This document shows positions 57,315 to 64,000 of a DNA stretch of 64,000 nt, one piece after another. The position numbers and the translations under genes were made by a program. The stretch's first letter is position 1; each line of letters starts with the position of its first letter. Below the pieces are notes generated by a model that was given only the letters and a program-made list of their open reading frames with translations, was not told the origin of the DNA and made no database searches. Origin of the DNA: Eledone cirrhosa (Eukaryota); assembly GCA_964016885.1 (NCBI GenBank), contig OZ024743.1, positions 52,638,001 through 52,702,000 on the forward strand, given 5' to 3'.

Positions 57315-57600
57315 TGCGGTGTGGTGAATGGGTTGTGATGAGTGGGATGTGACGAGTAGGGTGTGGTGAGTGGGTTGTGGGGAGTGGAATGTGACGAGTA
57401 GGGTGTGATGAGTGGGGTGTGGTGAGTGGGGTGTGACGAGTGGGATGTGATGAGTGGGGTGTGGTGAGTGTGGTGTGGGGAGTGGAATGTGACGAGTAGG
57501 GTGTGATGAGTGGGGTGTGGTGAGTGGGGTATGGTGAGTGGGGTGTGAGGTGTGGGGTGTGATGAGTGGGTGGTGGTGAGTGGGGTGTAATTAGTGGGGT
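57315..57600. repeat. G-rich ~14-bp minisatellite (GTGGTGAGTGGGGT)
   Basis: Direct inspection; many GGG/GGGG runs. Confidence 0.85.
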
Positions 57601-57749
57601 ATATCTAGTGAGGTGTGGAAGGGTTAAGTGGTCCAGGTGATGGAGACTCTCCTGTCGTGTGTTTCTGCTGCGTCAGACGGTGAACTCTTTTGAAACCAAA
57701 CCACCTGAAACCGCTCCTGGTTCTACCATACAAAACTTCTTATCTGAAA

Positions 57750-58558
57750 GGATTGGCAGTATCGGTAGAGGGTCGGACGCCATGCTTTCCAGCATAGTTA
57801 CGTCCCTTTACGATCTGAGTTCAAATCCCGCCGAGGTTGACTTTGCCTTTCATCCTTACGGGGTCGATAAAATAAAGTACCAGTAATGCACTGGTAAATT
57901 GCCGGCCTTGTGCCTAAAATAGAAACAATTATATTTTTAGTGGATTGGGGCGGTGAATTGGCAGTATCGGTAGAGGGTTGGATTATGCTTTCCAGCATAG
58001 TTACGTCCCTTTACGATCTGAGTTCAATTCCCGCCGAGGTTGACTTTGCCTTTCATCCTTACGGGGTCGATAAAATAAAGCACCAGCAATGTACTGGGAT
58101 AATTGCTGGCCTTGTGCCAAAAAGTAGAAACAATTATATTTTTAGTGGATTGGCAGTATCGGTAGAGGGTCGGGCGCTATGCTTTGACGCATAGAGTTAC
58201 GGCTCTTTATGATCTGATCTCAAAGCCCGTCGAGGTTAACTTTGCCTTTCATCCTTATGGGGTCGATAAAATAAAGTACCAGTCACGCACTGGGGTCTAT
58301 TTAATCGACTTTCCCCTCCCCCTAAATTACTGGCCTTGTGCCTATATAAGAAACCATTATATTTTTAGTGGATTGGCAGTATCGGTAGAAGGTCGGGCGC
58401 TATGCTTTGACGCATAGAGTTATGTCCCTTTACAGTCTGAGTTCAAATCCCGCCAAGGTTAACTTTGCCTTTCATCCTTACGGGGTCGATAAAATAAAGT
58501 ACCAGTAATGCACTGGAATAATTGCTGGCCTGTGCCAAAAGTAAAAACAATTATATTT
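57750..58558 (+). mobile_element. Head-to-tail array of four tRNA-derived SINEs
   Basis: ATTGGCAGTATCGGTAGA starts at about 57752, 57957, 58149 and 58372, each with a B-box and the Nin/Deu-like core. Confidence 0.9.
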
Positions 58559-58824
58559 TTATCTAAGAACCTTTGTTAAGTTATGTTCCAAATATCATCT
58601 TAATAATTATTTCTGATCTAGGATATCCTATTAATTTATAAACTCCAGTTCCGTTGAACGTTCCTCTGACTACATTAAATATGTAAGTATGCAGGGGCAG
58701 TGTAACTGGGGAGGCGTGCAACCCCCCCCCCCCCCCCCCAATAAGTATATTTTTCTCCCCAAACTACCAAAACACATCTATTTGTATATGCGTTACAATG
58801 TATGCACATGTTATGTAGACTGAT

Positions 58825-59282
58825 GAGAAAGATAGATATAGAGAGGGGGAGCGTTTGGTGCTAATTGATAGAGAGAGGGGTATTGGAAGAGAGATCCGTG
58901 TAGTAGATATAGAGAGGGGAAGATTTTGCTGGTAATTGATATAGAGAGGAGGTTTGGAAAAGAGTACCGTGTAGTAGATTTAGAGAGGGGGAGAATTTGG
59001 TGGTTGTAGATATACAGAGGGGATAATGGGAGAGTGCCGTGTAGTAGATATAGAGAGGTGGGGAGTTTAAGGGTGATTGGTATACAGACGGAGATTGGGA
59101 GAGATAAGTGTAGATATTTATAGAGAGTGAGAGAGTGTATTAGTCTTAGATATAGAGAGTGGGGTAAGAGAGGCGATGTCGTGGTAGATATAGAGAGGCG
59201 TAGAGTTTGGTTTTAGTAGATACAGAGAGGGGGATTAAAAGAGAGTTTTATGTGATAGACATAGAGAGGGAGAGTTTGGTGG
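58825..59282. repeat. Degenerate ~30-bp purine-rich tandem repeat
   Basis: Recurrent GTAGATATAGAGAGGG; part is copied at 60139-60210. Confidence 0.7.
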
Positions 59283-60014
59283 CACTCTCGGATTCCAAAT
59301 AATAGGAGGGGTGGCAATAATGGGAGGGGGGCTTTAGATATCAGTAATTATATAGGGTACGTTGGTAGATATGGGATTTCTTGTAATCTTTTGTCATAAA
59401 ATGTTTTTTTAATGTAAAATAAAATAATTATTAGATTCTCCAGCTGTTGTATCAATATGAATCACTTACAATAAAATTTCGTCGGAAATAGATTAGCAGA
59501 ATATAATAAGCGGGTGAGGGTGGGCGTGGAATAAAAACCGGGGGGGGGGGGGGGGGGGGCTGAGAAATTAAGTGTGGGGTGGGGAGGATTATTCAAGACC
59601 TGAGAGTACGTGAATTATTGACGGACGTAAGAATGAAAACTCAATACCGAAGTAGAGTTTAAATATTCCTTTATAATGGCGGTGCCCCAGCATGGCCTCA
59701 GGCGGATGGCTGGAACATGTAAAAGAGTAAAAGAGTAATCGCTAAGCCTTGTTACTCACGTACTGCGTACTCACAGGATCACCAGACAACACTGGTGATC
59801 TGTGAGTGCACAGGTGAGACTCTACAGTAACAAATCTCACCAATAGCCATAATAAATTAATGTATATATGTATATATATATACATTATATATATACGCTT
59901 TAAAGCGATGAAATGCCTATGATAGTTGGAAGATCACTGATGAAGGACAGAAACTTTTTTCATATGTAACCCATTTACAACTCCGCAGCGCCCTTTATTA
60001 TCATATATATATAT

Positions 60015-60066
<52 letters not shown>

Positions 60067-60216
60067 AAAAATTGAACGGGAACAAAACAGAGAGGCAGTA
60101 CGAACAAAGGTTTATTAGTTTCACGCTCTTGAGGGGCATAATGGGAGAGTGCCGTGTAGTAGATATAGAGAGGTGGGGAGTTTAAGGGTAATTGATATAC
60201 AGACGGTAATTGATAT

Positions 60217-60314
<98 letters not shown>

Positions 60315-60382
60315 ATATATATATGAATGTATATATATATATATGTGTATATATGAGTTTCCTATATATATATGTGTATATA

Positions 60383-61185
60383 GGAGTTTTCCTATCACAG
60401 TCTCAAGGGTACCTTCACTTATTTCGTATGTTTTTGTTGTAGTGTAGGAGCAATAGTTCTTTCGGATTTCTCTTAGCCACATTGCATCTTGGTTGAAATT
60501 CTTCTTTTCACCCCATATTTTTCTCCATAGGAATCTATGTCTTTCTGGGATGGGGCCTCAGTGACACTTATTATTTTGCCCTTCATATCTCTATAGACTG
60601 ATGTTTGGTTTCGTCTGAATCTTTTAAGCACTTTTCTCTCATCTACCTTCTTCAGGTATCGGCGTTTTTCGCTAACAGCTCTCAATTCTTGTTTGAGGGT
60701 GATCAGCTTATATTGGAGAGTTTTGGTTCTACTGTTACCAAACATCGTCCCTATTTTATTTTTCACTCTTTGTTGGTGAGGAGTGAGGTTATTTTGTGTT
60801 TGTTTGCATGTAAGGAGCATTGTCACATATCCTATGTTTTTTCGTAGGTCAGCACTCTTTTTTTCTATTTTAGTTATATATGATGGTAATTTTGGTGGTG
60901 TTTTGTTCTTGTTAATATCTCAGCTATCACCAAGATAATGCTTCACTGTCATGCTAAGGCATATAAACAGGCGTTGATTTGCCAAAATGTTGGGGTTTTT
61001 ATCCGTCGTAAATATTCACCCCCTATTTCGTCAATAACACGTAGTATTTCATTATTTGGTTTTTTATTCACCATTGTCGTTTTAACACGTTCAGCAAGAG
61101 AGATATTTATACACGAGTTAATTTCTCTCTGGGAGATTTCGTTGAGGGAAATTTTCAATTGTTTATACTTTTGATTATCATTATC
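60383..61185 (-). mobile_element. Degenerate N-terminal (pre-RT) fragment of an R4/Dong-like LINE
   Basis: FWQINACLYA..LKQELRA..RRY..NQTSVYRDMKG..P..KIWG..AMWLREI across stops and frameshifts. Confidence 0.65.
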
Positions 61186-61267
61186 GATGTATGTATGTAT
61201 GTATGTATGTATGTATGTATGTATGTATGTATGTATGTATGTATGTATGTATGTATGTATGTATGTA

Positions 61268-61525
61268 GGTGCTACTGGTAACATGTATCCCAGTACAACC
61301 TGCCTCATGGTCGGGTCGTTGGCGACTAAACTGGCAACCCCACCAAGGTTTCTTGGTGAGGAGGGTGACTTTGGACATCCTGCAGGACTAAAAACAAAAC
61401 CTGTCAAAGGGCAAAGGAGCTCTTAAGAGTCAATGGCCATCCAAAATCACCGGGAGAGATGACCCCTTAGCTTTTGTCAAGGCAGAATTCTAGGAGAAGG
61501 AAAACTCTGATATAACACCTGCAAC
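61268..61525 (+). mobile_element. Interspersed repeat, probable LINE 5' UTR fragment
   Basis: Homologous to 54455-54650; preceded by (TATG)n. Confidence 0.55.
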
Positions 61526-61714
61526 CCTGATGGTATCCAATGATGTTGACTTGTTCTTCTTTTTGGTAAATATCATCTTGGTTAAGAGAGTGGGACTGGC
61601 TTTGTGCAGTGCCTTTGCTCACTATAAAAGCTTCACGGCACAGGCATTGCTTTATATCTGGAGATCTCTCTGCACTTGTCGTCACAGGGTACCATGGGCC
61701 CAGCACTATGTGTC

Positions 61715-61862
61715 AATAATTGTCACAAGTGTAGTGTTTGTACCAGAGTTTTCAAGTCGCTGGCTGGACTAAAAAGTCACACTCGTTCAGCGCATCGGTA
61801 GGGGTTCTCCTACATGGATATAAAGTAGTGGCCGTACTCGAAAACGAGTTGGCAGCCACCAT
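61715..61862 (+). mobile_element. RTE-like 3' end (last C2H2 finger and 3' UTR) with (ATGT)n tail
   Basis: HKCSVCTRVFKSLAGLKSHTRSAHR-stop; 3' motif GCCGTACTCGAAAACGAG..GCAGCCACC also seen at 62913-62943. Confidence 0.7.
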
Positions 61863-61925
61863 GTATGTATGTATGTATGTATGTATGTATGTATGTATGT
61901 ATGTATGTATGTATGTATGTATGTA

Positions 61926-62808
61926 TGTCGAGATTTTGGAAAGCTCTATGTGTGACAGTATAGAAGCTCTTGTGCTTAAGCAACGACTCCGTTGGAGTGG
62001 TCACCTTGCCAGGATGAAGGATTCTAGAATACCAAAAACAACTCTTTTATGGAGAGTTGGTTAAAGGAAAACGACCGCCACATAAACCAAAAAAAGAGGT
62101 ATAAGGATTCCTTGAAAGCCTCTCTGAAAGACGTTAACATCTCTGCTGATACATGGGAAAATATTGCTGCTGATCGTAATAAATGGAGAAAGACTGTATA
62201 TGAGGGAAAACTTGCCTTTGAGGCATCTCGAATCGCACACGAGAAAGTAAAGCGGGACGTGAGGAAGGGCATTGCCGTTGCACTTCCAGACGGCGAGGGT
62301 CCTCCTATGGTGCTGACATGCAGCGTCTGTGCGAGACTCTGCCTCAGCAAAGCTGAACTCGAAAGTCATCTTCGCAGTCATAAAGTAAGACCAGTGGTTG
62401 ACTACCAGGCTGCTGTTGGAGATGCTACTCATCATGCTTGCCAAACATGTGGTAGAGAATGTAAATCAGCAGGCGGGCTCAAGCGACATGCAAAAGTACA
62501 CGAACTCCAACCACAGCCGACTATTCGCAGTGAATGTTTTGGTTGCCGACTCTGTGCAAGACATTTTAGATCATTGGCTGGGCTAAAAAGCCACATTCGA
62601 TCGCAGCGCTGTTAGTTGCTATCGTGTGTGTGTGTGTGTGTGTAGATATGCTTATGTGTGTGCGTGTGTGTGTATATATATATGTACATGTATATTATTA
62701 TTGTTGTTGTCGTTATTATTATTGTTGTTATGATTATTATTATTATTATTGTTATTAATGTATGTGTGTGTATATGTGTGTGTGAGTGTGTGTGTGTGTG
62801 TATATGTG

Positions 62809-62839
<31 letters not shown>

Positions 62840-62945
62840 CTTTTTTTTTTTTTTTCTTTTTATTTATCTATTATTATTATTATTTTTTTTTTTTTCTTTC
62901 TCCTCGTGCAATGGCCATACTCGATAACGAGGGGGCAGCCATCAT
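61926..62945 (+). mobile_element. 5'-truncated RTE-like LINE; C-terminus with three C2H2-type zinc fingers
   Basis: SIEALVLKQRLRWSGHLARMKDSRIPK (frameshift) KKRYKDSLKASLK..WENIAADRNKWR, then three Cx2C..H fingers; 3' UTR motif and (ATGT)n tail. Confidence 0.88.
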
Positions 62946-63149
62946 GTATGTATGTATGTATGTATGTATGTATGTATGTATGTATGTATGTATGTATGTA
63001 TGTATGTATGTATGTGTCTGTATGTATGTATGTATGAGTGTTGTATGTACGTATGTATGTATGAATGTATGTATGTATGTGTGTATGTATGTGTGTATGT
63101 GCGTATATATGTATGTGTGTCTGTCTGTCTGTATGTATGTTTGCATGTA

Positions 63150-64000
63150 TGTTTTCTCTTAATTTCGAGTACATTTTTGACCGGCCACCTTCCTGGGGGT
63201 GGGGGAGGGGTTGCTGTTTTGCTGCGGAAACACCTGGACCTCGTAACACAGACGGTACATCTGGACCCGGAGGGTCGTCTGGTGGTCCTAGACGTTGACG
63301 GTAGTGAAGGTGGAGACTTCAGGCTGGTGGCCGCATATGCCCCATCCGGGACACCGCGGCCAGACTTCTTCAAACGTCTAGAGACTTTTCTGGGAACGTC
63401 CCGCTCCTTGCTTTTAGTGGGGGACTGGAATGGAATTCTAGATGCACGTTGGGACTATGTGGGAGCATGTCCCGATAAAGGGGGGGGGGGGTGTAACAGC
63501 CTCAAACAGATAATCGACCGATTTGACCTGGCCGATAGATATCGACTAGATTTTCCGACTGCGCCACTGTGGACGTGGAGTAATCGTAGCGGAACATCTA
63601 GATAGTACCCAGATATGTTTCTAGTTAGAAATAAGGATAGGGACATGTTAAGCTGTCCACAAATGTTCATGGTTGCCTATTCAGATCACAAACTAGTGAC
63701 CTGCATGGCCAACCTTGATAGAACCCATAGACAAGGACCCGGCTACTGGAAGCTGAACTTGTCGTTACCGACAAGCAAAGCCTACAGTAGACGGATTAGC
63801 ACTTTAGTTAAACAGCACTTGACAGGGGCCATTGTCAACAACAGATGGTGGTACTCACTCAAGAGGGCAGTTAGATTAAACTCGATAGTTTTTAGTAAAG
63901 AATTAGCGTTAGATAGAAATAGAACCGAGAAGGAACTGGTAGATAAAGTAGAAGAGGCAATTAGAAGTGGCAACGTAGCCAGCGTGCTAGCAACGAGAAC
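63150..64000 (+). mobile_element. Tx1/L1-clade LINE ORF2 fragment (APE-type endonuclease), disrupted, runs off window
   Basis: GGVAVLL..EGRLVVLD..YAPS..LVGDWN..DRYR..WTW..(stop at 63603)..SDHKLV..GPGYWKLN. Confidence 0.9.

Noticed and set aside
57750-58558. tRNA genes
   Set aside because: A/B boxes belong to SINE heads; no cloverleaf
59936-59965. CTGATGA-AGGACA-GAAA
   Set aside because: No stem II or stem I pairing
61270-61345. HDV-like ribozyme in the putative LINE 5' UTR
   Set aside because: Some helices are plausible but no P1 5' strand could be found by eye; needs a covariance search

Overview
Repeat-dominated eukaryotic DNA; no host protein-coding gene could be supported. The SINE families and (TA)n/(CA)n/(TATG)n density resemble octopod cephalopod genomes (inference, not verified). 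More than half of the window is two satellite arrays: a 39-bp self-complementary satellite (270-23016, about 580 monomers, with a ~5.7-6.1 kb higher-order repeat) and a 52-bp satellite (29781-41661, about 228 monomers). The rest is nested mobile DNA: R4/Dong-like, CRE-like, RTE-like and Tx1/L1-like LINE fragments, a truncated GIY-YIG Penelope-like element, a young non-autonomous LTR element with a tRNA-Trp primer site, a mariner fragment, a TIR-bounded element and many tRNA-derived SINEs. The most notable signal is a set of seven minimal type-I hammerhead ribozyme motifs with unrelated stem sequences. Most sit in short fold-back elements lodged in (TA)n tracts, two carry the compensatory U3-A8 core, and several elements share a GAGTGCT(C) tail motif. 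The long low-complexity ORFs in the ORF track are repeat artefacts. All alignments and folds were done by eye.
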